Shown here: piece after piece, positions 38,771 to 53,520 of the stretch
How positions within the stretch are numbered: position 1 is the first letter of the stretch
Layout of the letters: the number at the start of each line of letters is the position of its first letter
NCBI RefSeq assembly: GCF_006345805.1
Contig: NC_042998.1
Coordinates: 17,050,001 to 17,114,000, forward strand
DNA: 64,000 nucleotides
From: Octopus sinensis
Taxonomy: Eukaryota
Reading direction: 5' to 3'
The notes under the pieces: model-generated
Told to the model about the DNA's origin: nothing
Databases searched by the model: none
Seen by the model: the letters and a program-made list of their open reading frames with translations, nothing else
Made by a program: the position numbers and the translations under genes

Positions 38771-40048
38771 GTACGTATCTATCTGTCTATCTGCTTCCGG
38801 ACCAAATGCTTTTTCATTTTTTTTTTGTTATTTACCCTGTTATTAATCTAATTTTACACTGGTATTTTATTCAGAAATAAGCGAAGTTTTCATTTGTAAG
38901 AGCTTCACATGTGATACGAATTTATGTTATTGATTAATATTTTTCTAATATTTGTCTGCGCTCGTGGCGTAACAGCATCTTTCCATTTTCTTTTCATTCT
39001 TGTTTCTGATTTTATTTTTTGCAATGATAATATATATTCCAAACAGCTTATCTGACTTGAGCTCTGATCTCTGCTTTATTCCCCATATGTTGCTAAGATG
39101 AGTTACTCCTAATCTTTCCTTTATTTCCCGTGTGTCTTCCCTTTATTGACATTATATTTTATGAATATTTGGTCAACTCTTCCGTTTTTCGCTCATTAAG
39201 TTTACGCATTTACTAGCATTTTTTCATACAAATTTCTATAGATTTTTATTCTCTCCTTTTTTCATGATACCCTTCTCTGGCAAGATCCGCATTTTATAGA
39301 CATCGAATCGGATTTCTCTTGACACTAAAATGCGGCCTATTGAATAGATTTGGTCATTTAGCTTATTGATTTTCATTTTTTCCCCTCTCTGTCTCTGAAC
39401 CAATAGTTATTGGAACGAATAATCTATTATTCCTTTGCCATTTTTTATTCGTACTTGGGGGATTGATTTTCGTATTCATTCACGTAATTCCTTTATGGTT
39501 CTTGACACGTTGTCCTTATATTTAATGGTGATTAATCTTTCGGGATGTTTTTATTATTACCATGTATTTTAGCTGTACCTTTTTCTCCATATTGGCTTAA
39601 TATTTGGTTGTTTTCAAGAAAGTGTTCCTATACATCTTAGTTATTTTGTGTGTATCATTTGTCTCCTTTAGCTTTGCGTTGCTTTCTTTTTTCCATGCAT
39701 TGTACACTATACAAACATTATTGTACTATGAATTTTATTCTATACTGTACTTTGTTTTGTCTATTTTCTTCTGTTAATGTGTTTTGTGTTTTTTATTGAA
39801 GCATGGGCATGATTTTGTGGCATTTATTTTTATATCGTTGGTGTAAAATATTTCTAAGTGTGGTTCTATTTCTCATTCCACAATATTTTACTTATTATTG
39901 TTTGTATATCTGTTCACATACTGCACATATTAATCTATGCCTTATACGTTTGTTTTAAATTTCTTTTCTTAGATGGCATGCATCTTCTGCATAGTGTTGG
40001 GGGTCTTCAATATTCTGCTTCTCGCTAAATTGTTCTGTCAATCATGAC

Positions 40049-40337
40049 TGTGGTGTATGCGGGAGATTTGAAATAAAGACACCTACCTTCTCTTCGTCGA
40101 CGCAGACCTCCCCGGCGGAAACGCACCCTTCCACGTGGCCCGACCCGAACGCTAAAAATAGCAGCTGCCTTACCTTGACAAAGCGCTCACACGTCCAGCT
40201 TCTGATCGAAAAGGCCCAATGCTCCTTTGCATTCGCGCGTGTCACTCCTGCCTCTTCCTCTTCGGGTCAGCCCCAAGTTCCGGTCAGTTCCCCAGCTGCT
40301 GACGTCATCCCACACGCTACCCTAATCTTAAAGATCA
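40049..40337 (-). mobile_element. Putative 3' LTR of Gypsy element
   Basis: Minus: PPT ggagaagggagaa, then ta, then TGatcttt...ccaCA; GC content drops immediately beyond. Confidence 0.6.
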
Positions 40338-42400
40338 TATTCTCCCTTCTCCACGTCGAAGTCCACCATCCAACCGGGAGGGCGCCTTGCGCGTCGAGAT
40401 CTTCTTAAGCTAGGCACCTCGTTCTCCTCTTCTCCACAATCGCCATCCGACGAAGCGACAATCCTGCGAAGGTCCAAGACATGTCGCGGCATTCCATCCA
40501 CGGAGACGTTGTTTCTGGAATTGACCGACGTCAACGTTCCTCTGCTTAAATTAGACGTACAGTGCTTAACCCTTCGGTGGCTTAACCCAGACTTCCTCCC
40601 CTATTTTCACGCAAGCGGATCCTTTCTCTCCCTCGTGGCACTCCGGTGCTTTAATCGGATGGCTTCGTTCATATTTAAATACCGCTCTGTGCGGCACAGG
40701 TCTTCAGCTTGCCCGGATCGGGGAGACATGTTGTATGTACCAGAAAACTGCTACCAGCGGCGAAATGTGCCCTCTTTCCGCTACGGCATTGACGGTCCCA
40801 TGGTGTCTCTCAACAATTCGGTTCCCTTTCGGCATATACGCTGATCTAAACAAGCGACGCACTTTCCATCGGTCGAGCATATCCCTCAACATTTCCGAAC
40901 GAAATGCCGCTCCGTTGTCCATTAGCAGTTCTTCCACGGGACCCCTGTCTAAAAATATCCCGTTCAAAATCTGCGCAATCTCGTCAGCAATGCCCATTCT
41001 CAGCTCTCTCCAAATAGCCAGCTGGCCCGGCCCGCAGTCGACTATGGAGAGATACATTCCCTGACGCTAGTGCGTCACATCCACAGCTAGTCTTTTCCAG
41101 TTGTGCTCCACCGAAAGGTTTCCTTGCTCATGTCCACACGGAGCAGAGTCAATGGACTGACACCTGTCGCAGCTCCAGACCACTTTCAGGATGCTTCTAG
41201 TAATGTCAGTATCAATCTTCTTCGCATGATACAGGGTCCTGTCCACACCCAAGTGATGCATAGCGTCAGTTCGAAGTCATCCATCCGACACGCTGCAGTT
41301 ATTCCTTTCTGTGCCTCATCCGGCTCCTTCAACCACGCCCTTTTCACCCTGGTCAGTGCGTCTGTCCTGTTTCTCTCCGAAGGCACGAAAGCCGCGTTCA
41401 GCTTCAGTCTGAACTCGGCAATCAATTGTCCTAGAACTCCTAGACGGCACTTCCCCAACACCTCCGCGGCACTTTTCGTCCGAACTCTCTTCTCACCGGT
41501 GATCACCGATCCTACCCAGCCAAGCACAGAGGCCGAATCTGTCCGGATTTCGATTGAGTGCAGCCCCCATTTCAGGGCCAAGTTCACCCGCTTCAGCACC
41601 GCGTCTAATTCGGTGACATTGATGTGGTTAAAGTCATCTGCTTTCCGAATCCAGGCTGCGTCCCACCACCACAGCGCCTTCGATCTCCGACACAACCCCT
41701 ATCGCTATACGGCTTGCATCACACGAAGCGGTGCCGCATTCCGTCTTGAGCATCTACCAGTTCTCTCTGACCGGGTCTTCCGCTCTCGTCCTTTCTAGGA
41801 TTTCCTGCATAATCGCCACTGTCCCTTCTCCCACCTTGTCGCCCCAACTTTCCACCTCCGCTCGTCTCTTGCTGTAACTGTACGCTGTGCGCAGCCATCC
41901 AGCGATCGGGCAGTGAACGACCAACTTCCCACACACCGAGAACAGTTCTCTGCTGCTGACGCTGGAACTCAGCTCTGAGATTTCATTTCCTCTCCGGAAC
42001 ACCAACTCACCCGATCTATCTCTTTGCAGCTTCAGCCCCAGTGCGGCTCCTCCTTCCATCGACTCCGGTGGCTTCGCAACGAGTCCGAAGTTCTCCAGAT
42101 ATATCACTACCTCGTTGGCTGGCATTACAGTTTCGTCAACCAAAATGTCGTCTATGTAGGAACTGGTGGCCTTTCTAATCTTGTCCTCTTTCATTAGGAC
42201 GGACTTAAGCACTGCCGCCATGAACTTCGGAGCGGAATTCAGTCCGAAACTCGGCCTGGTTAAACAGTGCCTCCGGCACTTGTACCGCACCAGTTGATAT
42301 CACCACAGTTTGTCGATCACACGGAGCTGCAATTCGCCAATTTCAAGTCGACAATCGTCGCTGCCTTGGTCGACAGTCTCCACACACGTAAGGTCTCATC
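40338..42400 (-). pseudogene. pol: Ty3/Gypsy pol pseudogene (RT-RNaseH-integrase), 5'-truncated, frameshifted
   Basis: FGLNSAP..SYIDDILV (RT); HINVTELDAV..IRTDS (RNase H); HHLGVDRT..CDRCQSID, LAVDVTH, LLMDNG, GNRIVERHH (integrase); RRSRRARRPP tail. Confidence 0.92.
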
Positions 42401-43330
42401 AATAATCTCTGAAATGCTATCTAGAGCGTATTTTTGCTCTCAATTTTGCATTGGTGACTACTTTTACACTGCAGCGCCCCTCTGATCATCGCATGATCAA
42501 ATGGTTTCCAGGTGTGACCATCTTCCGTGGAATTAACCGTATTATTAAATGGGAACATCAGTTCTTAATTACTTTGAGGGACATTTAACTATCAATTCTT
42601 AAAGTAGTATCAATGCTCCAGTTCACTTGCTGACTATTTATTTTTGTCTGTTTGGCGGTCGGTAATGGCAACATAAATTCTAATGTATGCTGCACGCCAC
42701 CATTCTGTCATACTTTTACATATTCTATATTTTGAATAAATTTGAGCAAACAATACCAAGCTTACTTTGATCATTCACGCAATCATTTATTAACTTCTTG
42801 TATGGAGGCTTTTTGCAGCAATCAGAATCTGCAATTTCTTAAACAGTACCTTGTTTTTATCAATATCTCAGATCAGCACAACACTCGGGTATCGAAACAA
42901 TGGTATGGAAGGCGGCGAGCTGGCAGAAACGTTAGCACGCCGGATGAAATGCGTAGCGGTATTTCGTCTGTCGTTACGTTCTGAGTTCGAATTCCGCCGA
43001 GGTTGACTTTGCCTTTCATCCTTTCGGTGTCGATAAATTAAGTACCAGTTCCGCACTGGGGTCGATGTAATCGACTTAATACCTATGTCTGTCCTTGTTT
43101 GTCCCCTCTATGTGTAGCCCCTTGTGGGTAATAAAGAAATAGGTATGGAATTCCCTACATCATTGTTTCAGAAATTTTAGGTTTTTACCAATTTCAGCAG
43201 CATTTCTCGTTGATTCTCAGAGATGTATAGGTTGGCTTCCTCGCAGACAATTCATTAAAATTAGTTTGTTCTACTTTTCTACAAACTTTTAACAGATTCG
43301 TATTACTTTAACTAGATATATTAGGAATCA
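42401..43330 (-). mobile_element. Degraded LINE APE-endonuclease fragment interrupted by SINE B
   Basis: Minus frame NLCCHYRPP (APE YRPP motif) near 42655-42680; otherwise broken. Confidence 0.35.
42911..43141 (+). mobile_element. Full-length SINE family B
   Basis: ggcggcgagctggcagaaacgttagc...gagttcgaattcc...aaagaaata; perfect TSD ggtatggaa at 42902-42910 and 43142-43150. Confidence 0.95.
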
Positions 43331-43881
43331 AACGGTATATATTTGATAATAATACAAATAAGATGCTGCAGGACACTATTTCGTTTTACGTAAATAACTA
43401 TGTAATGTATTGGTCAATGATTGGAGAGAAAATCTCAGCGTACTATTTCCTTTACCCTGTGTGGTCACACAATTTCAAATATACGATCAAAGTATAAATA
43501 CTTGCAAACATTTATATTGTTCAATTATTGTAGTTGTGATATTACTAGTAATTGAAGTATCAAATATTTGAAGCCTTTGATTTTTTTCAGCTAGAATTAT
43601 ATTTAGTTGAATATGTTCAGTATTCGATCAAGTTTGGGTTTGGTTTCATCGGTAATTTCATTCTTTTTTCATTATTTAAATTTATCTTACTAGGCATTCA
43701 ATTAATTCTGTTTTTTCACAAATTACATTTCCAACACAACTCACAAGAGATAAATCAATGCTCTCCATCTTGATTGTATTTGATTGTATCACTGATATAA
43801 TACTTGTGCACACAATAAGGAAACGACGATTCTAGTTTGTGAATGAAAAGAAATGATGCAAGTGATCGTTGGACAAATATA

Positions 43882-44288
43882 TGCGCAGGAGTGGCTGTGT
43901 GGTAAGTAGCTTGCCTACCAACCACATGGTTCCGGGCTCAGTCCCACTGCGTGGCATCTTGGGCAAGTGACTTCTGCTATAGCCTCGGGCCGACCAATGC
44001 ATTGTGAGTGGATTTGGTAGACGGAAACTGAAAGAAGCCTGTCGTATATATGTATATACATATATATGTGTGTTTGTGTCTGTGTTTGTCCCCCCAGCAT
44101 TGCTTGACAACCGATGCTGGTGTGTTTATGTCCCCGTCACCTAGCGGTTCGGCAAAAGAGACTGATACAATAAGTACTGGGCTTACAAAGAATAAGTCCC
44201 GGGGTCGAGTTGCTCGATTAAAGGCGGTGCTCCAGCATGGCCGCAGTCAAATGACTGAAACAAGTAAAAGAGTAAAAGAGTGAAAGAG

Positions 44289-44290
<2 letters not shown>
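43882..44290 (+). mobile_element. Full-length SINE family A
   Basis: A-box-like tggctgtgtgg, B-box-like ggctcagtccc, core cttgggcaag, tail (aaaagagt)n. Confidence 0.95.
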
Positions 44291-44350
<60 letters not shown>

Positions 44351-45256
44351 TATGTTTATATATATATCAGTAAATGAATATATGTTCAGAGTGTTAACAC
44401 ATATGCAAATATTGTTCTACCATTAATCTATTTCTAGCATTACTATCATTAACAGTTATATCAAATGTCTTAGCCTCTTGATTTTCATGAACTAGAATTA
44501 AGCTTCGTATGTCCACTATTCGATCGGGCATTAGATATTGTTATGTTAGACGGTATATTTCGCAACATAGGTGTCCTTCCAGTGTGGTGCGGGTAAACTT
44601 TATGGGGGAATAATTAGAACTGTCGATATATAGTAATTATTGTGGTAAAGAATTTTGGTCGATCTTTCTATGCACGGAAGAAATTTCTTCTCTCGACAAG
44701 TTTCAGACGTTTGAATTCTCATCAGATATTTTCCTATCCGCCTTCGAAAAGTAGCATTGTGCCCAATGTGTTCCTGCACATATTATTTACGCAAGCGCAA
44801 AGTTGGAAATGGGCAGAACCGAAAACATTGTTTCCGATACCTATCAGGCATTAGTTTATCTATTTTAGAATGATTAGATACATACCGGATGAGTCTACAC
44901 TAAAACGTATCTAAGCAAATTTCTTACGCTACAACTTGTTCCGAGAACTGTCACGTCATTCTGTTATCAAAAATTGAGTGGGTTTGCATTTGAGCCAGTA
45001 GAAACTTACAACGCCATTCTACAGGATTTACGCTATGAGGTAAAACGTGTAAAATAACGAGATATTATAGGACACTTTGTTTATAGCAGACTGACCCTAC
45101 CATCGACCATTATCAATATAATATCATAATGCAGAGTATGCAGTGGGTGCACAACTTCACATAATGATGGAACATATATGTCAATTCGGGCTTTTATACA
45201 TACATACCTACACACACACACATATATATATACATATGTGTGTGCTTGTGTGTATG

Positions 45257-45928
<672 letters not shown>

Positions 45929-46514
45929 GCACATATATACATACGTATATATGTGCATATGTCTGTGTGAATGTATGTTTGTAAACTGTTAATTCCTCTC
46001 ATTATATATCATACCATATCTATATAGTTCATAACTCAAATAGAAATCGTACTTGAACGGGAAATATACAAAACATGAGAAATAAATGGAGAGAAAGCGG
46101 GGGATTCTCTGTGATATAGCTTAACAACTGTAGCATCGATTATTGCACTGTCTAAAGTTGGTGCCATAGGGTTTGCATAGTAGGGAAACGTTGCTCCTTA
46201 TACTAAAGCTGCTATCACTATGTTAATTTTCATGTTGTGTGACAAAGCTGGGTTCTTGTGAACAACATATTTCGAAGCTATGGGTTTCATGTAACAGGAG
46301 TCAAGAATAACAATATATAAAGACTATGAACACATTCTCTTTTGTTTTTCAGTTTTTCTTTTGCTTTTCAGTTATATGGACACTTTGCGTTACGCTTCTT
46401 TGTAATTGAGGGCTATGTGTACTGACTGCCGTATATACATAAGAAGAGCTTTCTGTGATAACCGTACGATTCTCAGAATCCAAATTGTATCATATTTTAT
46501 ACAACTAATTTATT

Positions 46515-46652
46515 ACGAAGAGACTGCTAGAATAAGTGCCAGACTTAAAAAAGAAAACAAACTTCTCAGCTCGATTCATTCGACTAAAATTGTTCTTAAA
46601 CCGGTGCCCCAACATACTCGGTGTCTAATGACTGAAACGGATAAATGATAAG
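46515..46652 (+). mobile_element. SINE A-type 3' fragment
   Basis: agaataagtgccagactt...cggtgccccaacat...taatgactgaaac. Confidence 0.65.
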
Positions 46653-48957
46653 AAATAAAACATATGTGTGTGTGTGTGTATGTCTGTGTGTGCGTGTTGT
46701 GTATGTATATACAGACACACACACATATATATTTATATAAAATACATAAACATATATGTATATATGTATGTATCCATGTATGTATATATGTGTGCATAGT
46801 GTAAGTTGTTATATCGCTAATAGTCAAGTGGACAAATGTAATAGTCGTTGAACTTAAATCAACGAGACTTATACATGATCTTACTTGAGAATTCTTGTTC
46901 GCTTGCAATTTTTCTAAATAAGTGTAATTGCATTGTAAAACGACAAGTATGGATGCAATTTTGAGTTTCTGGCGACATGAAGTATCTGTCATTACCCAAT
47001 AAAACCGAAGGATGACCAATTTTCGACATCTACACTCTTATATTTCTGACATAGCTCACATCAAATCTGGTATTGATTTCGATTTCAGACAACATACACA
47101 CATTACTGCAGGAGGTAATTTGATTGTATGGCGTTTATAGATTTCCCTAGCGAATTAGCGACAGCAATTGGGTAAGAGTAATAGCTTACAACAATAGCAC
47201 TGGATCACTTACTTAGTTTTTTTTTTCTTTCATATAATGTGCTTTGCTATCTCTGAATTGCTATCTCTTGTATACATACGTACATATATTTTGAGCGGAG
47301 AATAACTGATATGCTTTGATGTCGACAGTTCCATTAAAGCAAATATAAGCGTTCTCTGAAGTAAAATTATTACAACCACAAATATAAAAAATGTGTTACT
47401 ATTATATCAGTCTCAAATCAACTTTTCGCAAACATTCTTGCATTATATATGCAATATCTCGTGTAAAATAAAAATGCTCTAGGAGTTAAGTGATCTCACA
47501 ATCATACTAAACCGTAACCTTCGTTATACAAACTGTAAAACCTGCCTAATTCTCCTAAAGTGTTCCTTTAATTCTTTCTCATATATTCTTACATTATGTC
47601 AGCACTCTACACACATTAAACGGAAAACACACAAATTAGAATAAATGTATACAAACATCCCTACAATATCCATATAAAACTTCCTCAAAAGAAACAAGTA
47701 TGTTATAGTATAGAAGGAGAATATTTGAAAAGAAAAGCTCAGGAATACAGCAATAAGGACTTAATGGCAGGTGTGAGCCAAAACAAAACATTTATTGATA
47801 ACATTCGGTAACAGCATCGCTGATATATTTGAAACATTTTGTGAATAATTTGGGATTGGTGAATCCAAATAAATCATTGATAAGCACTTTAAATTTCTAT
47901 TCTACAACAAAAACTCATATTTTTAAATAATCGCCGTCAAAAAATGTCCCCAATCATCAATATAACACCGGCCAACATACAGGTGATGCGTCAGAATTTC
48001 GAAACAATTTTCCTACTAAAATTGACGTGTTCTTCAAGCAATTTTACTGTAGCACACTTAGAGCAAAAAATTTTAAAACCTCTGGTTCCTATTTTTATGA
48101 CTAATCAGGTAAACATTTAAAGCAGGTTCAGAGAGCTCGTAACTGGTCGGTATTCGTATTTTTAATGAATACAGGCCTTGATTGACAATGCATTTGCTTG
48201 TTTTCACTATTGATAATTTCTTGGTAACCATAAAACAGACGTCTTCTCTAAGTGTATACAAGAGACCTATGTACTTCCCATAACATTGTTTATAACATAA
48301 GTATTAACATACATCTACAGGGACTTAGATCAAAGGCACATGATTTTAGCTACGGACACGGAAATTCCACTGTGACATTGGAAATAAACATTGAATGAAG
48401 AAATGAGGAATTGTTAGTGATCTGCATGGTGCGAGATTGTGCTTAGAATCCTCAACGGAAATGCTCCATCATATTCCGCACTCAAAAGAACTATAATAAA
48501 AGAACTATAATAATATCTTCATAAGTTCTGAATAGCAGCTCAATATTGGGGATCAAGTTCGAGTTTGAGGTATCATACTTTGTAACAATGTGCCTTTTCA
48601 GCTTTTACGCGGAATAAACCGACACAGTAAGATTTGGATATCTCAGAATAATATAATATACTATAATATATATACCTATATTTGTGTGTGTGTGTGCGTG
48701 TATGGATGTATGTGTGAATAGATATACACATGTGCACTACAATATGTTAATAACATTAATGTTGTATTCGTATCAAATCTGGAAGTATATATGGAATCAG
48801 CCTTCCAGAGGTATCCAACAGAAGGCCTAACTCCTACGACACACAAAATTAAGTTGCGGCTGGATTTCGTAATTTCAGTCCGGTGGGTAAATATAACTTT
48901 ATATAAAAGGAAGCGCAGTTTATTCTAAACTCAAAGAGATAGAGCAGACTTACGGCG

Positions 48958-49181
48958 TATGCGCGGGTGCTGAAAAGTTCCCCGCTTTGGGCAAAACCAA
49001 TATACAAGAGGATCAATTAATTATGATTTTATTTGACATACTCCCCTCTCAGGTTCAGACACATTTATTGCAATCGTCCTTGGGTTTTTACTAAGCTCTT
49101 TAAAGACCCCAGAAGGTTGGGCTCCTAACTAGGCCTTTCACGAAACCCTTAAATCCAGGAACGTTTCAGAAACCACTTGTG
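48958..49181. mobile_element. Tc1/mariner-derived MITE
   Basis: Imperfect TIRs gggtgctgaaaagttccc / ggaacgtttcagaaacc, ~220 bp, non-coding. Confidence 0.65.
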
Positions 49182-49623
49182 TTTTGAAAAAGGCTGCAAA
49201 ATATTCTGTACTATATATATGTGTATATATATGCATGCCAGAGTAGCACTATTTTTTTCAGCACCGTAGTCAGTTTAAACATGATCTCATTTCAGTTTTC
49301 AACTGAGGAATTGCAGCAGTTTACATTTAAATTTCACTCTAATTTACTCACCTATAAGAGTTTATTAAGGCATCTCTACTGGAGGCGAACAGCGCGGTAA
49401 ACACAGATCACGGATATTTTCATCAAAGCTCTGCAACTCGGAAAAATCAACAAACACATATAAGTGAGTGAATAGAAGAGTCTTAAAAATAATATAAAGT
49501 ACATACTCAGGACGAAGATGACTCCACATAACTGAAAACCAACTATATAATCAAATACGCATGCATAAGTGTGCACGCATATATACATAAATAAATAAAT
49601 ACATACATACATACATACATACA

Positions 49624-49655
<32 letters not shown>

Positions 49656-50692
49656 CGCATATACCCATATGCATATATCTTGGGAGGGAGGAGATAGAAA
49701 CCATATACAAATGTTTAATAATCATAAATTTACTCGCTCTGTAAACGTAGAAAATATAACAGACCGTGAGCTTGAGCAACTAGAAGTGAAAATCGGATCA
49801 TCATCCATTAAAGTTAGATTCATCATCCATTAAAGTTAGATGAGGTTTCTATTTTCCTTTTTTTTTTCATATTCTAAATATTGATGCTGGGAAGCCTGTG
49901 GTGTCATGTAGATAAATGTAAATATATTATGTCAAGCATAACCGGAAACAGAGGAATTAATAACTAGAGTGCCATCACCTACTGGTTAATAATAAATCTT
50001 TATCTATAACATGTGTGAGTGTGTGTGCATTTGTGTGTGTGTGCGCGTGTGTGTGTGCGTGTGTGCGTATGTTTCTAATGCATTCGAAAACCATTCTAAA
50101 TCATTCTAAAACCAAGTGGACCTATGGGGTATCAAAAGATTCCATAAGCTTTCGGCTACGAACTAAACTTTATTTTCATTCACATATTTGTATTACAGAA
50201 ATTTAACATAATTTTTCTTTTAGTCACATATCGTAAACGATATTTTATACTACCACCACAACGACCATACCGTCACATTTTCTATTTGAGTGTATTCGCG
50301 CGTTCGTTATGTACGTTATGTCCATGAGTTACAAGTACATGTGTGTGACGGTGTATCTGCCTGTCAGTATACATACATTTTTGCGACGATTGACACACAC
50401 ATCTAAAGACAGAGACAAACACACACAGGGACAGAGATAGGTTTGAGGTGTGCGTTAATGTATATCTATGTGTGTGTATGTCTGTGTGTCTTAGTATATG
50501 TATATGATTCTACACCCCGCCAACTGTGAAGCATACCAATTTTGTAACAGTCTAGTTTAGTTGCGTTCTGGAATTGACAGCACCCAGAAAACTCGCAAAT
50601 ATATCTAAATAAAAAAATGTTATTCTGGTTAATATAACAAATTCAGAAACTTGGCGAAGTAGAAAGCCTCAATATAATTACAGACATGTTAG

Positions 50693-51074
50693 TGGAGGCG
50701 CAATGGCCCAGTGGTTAGGGCAGCGGACTCGCGGTCATAGGATTGCGGTTTCGATTCCCAGACCGGGCGTTGTGAGTGTTTATTGAGCGAAAACACCTAA
50801 AGCTCCACGAGGCTCCGGCGGGGGATGGTGGTGATCCCTGCTGTACTCTTTCACCACAACTTTCTCTCACTCTTACCTCCTGTTTCTGGTGTACCTGTAT
50901 TTCAAAGGGCCGTCCTTGTCACTCTCTGTGTCACGCTGAATATCCCCGAGAACTACGTTAAGGGTACGCGTGTCTGTGGAGTGCTCAGTCACTTACACGT
51001 TAATTTCACGAGCAGGCTGTTCCGTTGATCGGATCAACCTGAACCCTCGTCGTCGTAACCGACGGAGTGCTTCC
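50693..51074 (+). mobile_element. Full-length tRNA-derived SINE family D
   Basis: A box tggcccagtgg, B box gtttcgattcc; perfect 13-bp TSD acagacatgttag at 50680-50692 and 51075-51087. Confidence 0.93.
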
Positions 51075-51768
51075 ACAGACATGTTAGCCCACTCCTTCTA
51101 ACTAGAATGAAGAGAATTATTTTTTTAAAAGTCCTAGCCTCTTTTTCCGTATTCCTTCTATGCTGCTTCATTACTGTCAGTATCAACGTCGCAGAACATT
51201 TTTACTGCGTTAGTCAGTATTTAATCTACAGCCTATAACGTTACACAGTTAAATATATATACATAGTAAAGTCAGATTAAATTATATCTTTCTATATACA
51301 TCCTTCACTAAATGTTTTAAATTAACGTTCACAGCAACAGCATATTCTTTTCTATACACTTTGTTCAGCGTTCATTTCAAAATTGTAAAATACATTCTTA
51401 TTGTATGTAAAATTGGCCCATGGCTTCTGAATTTTCTGGGACTTACACTTTCTTCACCGTGACATTCATTCAATCGTGAATTTTATAACATTTAGTAAAT
51501 GCTTCAAATAAATGTTGCCTTTCTGTCATTTTGTTACCTCGATGACATATACTAACGCGTGCTAAATTGGTGACTTACCATATTTTCATAGCATAACTAT
51601 GCTACGGAAAGTATTTTATGTGCCTATATTGACTACATTTCGTTTCTCTTGAACTTCGTGTATGTACGGTATGCAGTTTCAACATTATCAATTCTATGAG
51701 TGTGGTGTGTGTGTGTGTGTGTGTTTCTGCGTTCGTTACGCCTATAGTAAACTATAGTAAAGGACATT

Positions 51769-51966
51769 TTACGCTGTTTTAGTGAACCCATACCTACTGA
51801 AGTAGACATCCTTATAGTTGGTGATCCCCATGAAAATCATGATATTATCATTCGTGTTCGAGATGACAACCTTAAACGTGTTTCAGAGACTCATCCCTCT
51901 TATGATGCTCTCCAGTATCCTCTTATTCTGTGGAATGGACAAGATGGGTAGCATTTTAATGTTCCC
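51769..51966 (+). pseudogene. Helitron Rep/helicase N-terminal fragment
   Basis: PIPTEVDILIVGDPHENHDIIIRVRDDNLKRVSETHPSYDALQYPLILWNGQDG*HF, matching the Helitron H.SYD.LQYPL...G.DG motif. Confidence 0.85.
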
Positions 51967-52653
51967 TGGATTGAAAATGCTACAAAAGTGTCGTCTAATC
52001 ATTTCTATTCTTAACAACTGATGTTATAACCAGAACAATCAAATCAATTTCCCATGTCAAATAAACTTTATTTTCATTTACATATTATCTAATTTATCTC
52101 AAGAACCCGCTATAACTATTTGAAGAACACTTCTCTACAACGATTAGTTTTCCTAAGAAAGTGAAAATAGTTTCACACTTTCAATTTCAACCAAAATTAG
52201 AAAGTGTTGGTTTACGAGAGTGCCGCTGTATGAATAATGAAAGTAATGCCTCTCCGTATTAGTCACATATGTATTATAATAAAGAGAGTTGCCTGTTATC
52301 TATCTACCAAATAAACTATGTTTCTGGCACAACTCTTTTTTACAACTAAAATAACCTCGGAAACGAGGTTGGGTCACACAGTTTTGAAGTCATTTTCGGA
52401 GAATATTTTGATTTACTTCTGTTTCACTTTTGTCCGATGTTTAACGCATGCGTAGGATTCTATCCTGCCAAACATTTATGAAATTGTACACACAAATATA
52501 AGACAGAGCCCAAAAAATTGCATTAAAAGACCTCCGTTTTACTATATGTTATCAGGAAATACTGTCAGTCTCTCTTTCTCTCTTCCTCTCTCTCTTTCTC
52601 TCTCCATATATATATATATATATAAATATATATATATATGTATGTATTACATA

Positions 52654-52690
52654 CTAGTAATGTATCCCGGCGTTATCCAAGTTTTGTGAC
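52654..52690 (-). mobile_element. Helitron 3' terminus remnant
   Basis: Minus: ggataacgccgggatacattaCTAG|t, like the end at 32395-32419. Confidence 0.55.
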
Positions 52691-52724
52691 TTACAACTAC
52701 ATTGTATTATTTGGTTCTTTGTTA

Positions 52725-52915
52725 TGGGCAGATACATGCTCTGGAAAATACTCAGAGAACCCATTTTAGCAACGAGCAGCTTTGAAGCGATCTATCCAAA
52801 TTGACTACTAATGTTCAGCAGAGAAGAATGAGAATTGCTGGTCATTTAATGCAGGCACCCAAAAGGACCTGTGAACCATCTGGCCTTGTGACAGTTAGTT
52901 GAAGGAAGTATTGTC
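52725..52915 (+). mobile_element. RTE-like LINE 3' fragment
   Basis: THFSNEQL*SDLSKLTTNVQQRRMRIAGH. Confidence 0.7.
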
Positions 52916-53520
52916 ATGCAAAGCCATGCAAATTGTACTATCCCACTTCACTTTTTAACAAGAAACAACTTCCATTGTGTGACAACCGTCAGTAATGTAG
53001 AAAAATATTTAAGCTAAACGTTGTGAGCCAGGCAGAAATTTATTAATCGAATGTGTTATATGGGCAAAATTGAACGTTAGAATATGTAGAGTTCCTTAAT
53101 AAATGTTTCAGCAGCTGCGTTTTCGTATGTGGTCTTTCGCCAAAAGAAATCATACAAAAGTATGTAACTAATTCAACTGATATCATTTTTCGATTCACGA
53201 AAATATTGTGCATAATGTATAGGCTTTTACATGTCTTCTTATGAGATTGATTTCATATTTATAAATATATTCTGTAAGGCAGCGTTACAATGAATTATAG
53301 AGTACTTCATAGATCATTGTGCTTATGTAAAGCTTTCCGCATTTCCATTTCCAAAAAGAGACTGTGTCTGTATTAAACAGTTTGTGTATAATATACGTGG
53401 TTTCGTGTGTGTACATAGGAATAAATGTATGTTTATCGAGCATGTGTACATGTATATGTGTTTATATTTGTGCAAACCTCCGCTGGCTAGGTTATGTACA
53501 GAGTGTGTTAAATAATAGGT

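Larger units (their letters stand above)
36830..40040 (-). mobile_element. Heavily degraded CR1-like LINE 5' region (ORF1/APE), interrupted by SINE and microsatellite
   Basis: A-rich minus strand with broken motifs (LISMGTINL like MGDFNL; EADR); boundaries uncertain. Confidence 0.35.

Noticed and set aside
41103-41798. 231-aa plus-strand ORF
   Set aside because: Antisense shadow of the GC-rich Gypsy pol
49798-49843. Short tandem duplications (also 18205-18250 and 48485-48513)
   Set aside because: Ordinary 15-23-bp slippage duplications with no further structure
50693-50770. tRNA-like sequences (also at 3585, 42911, 43890)
   Set aside because: No complete cloverleaf; they are SINE heads continuing into shared bodies, some with TSDs
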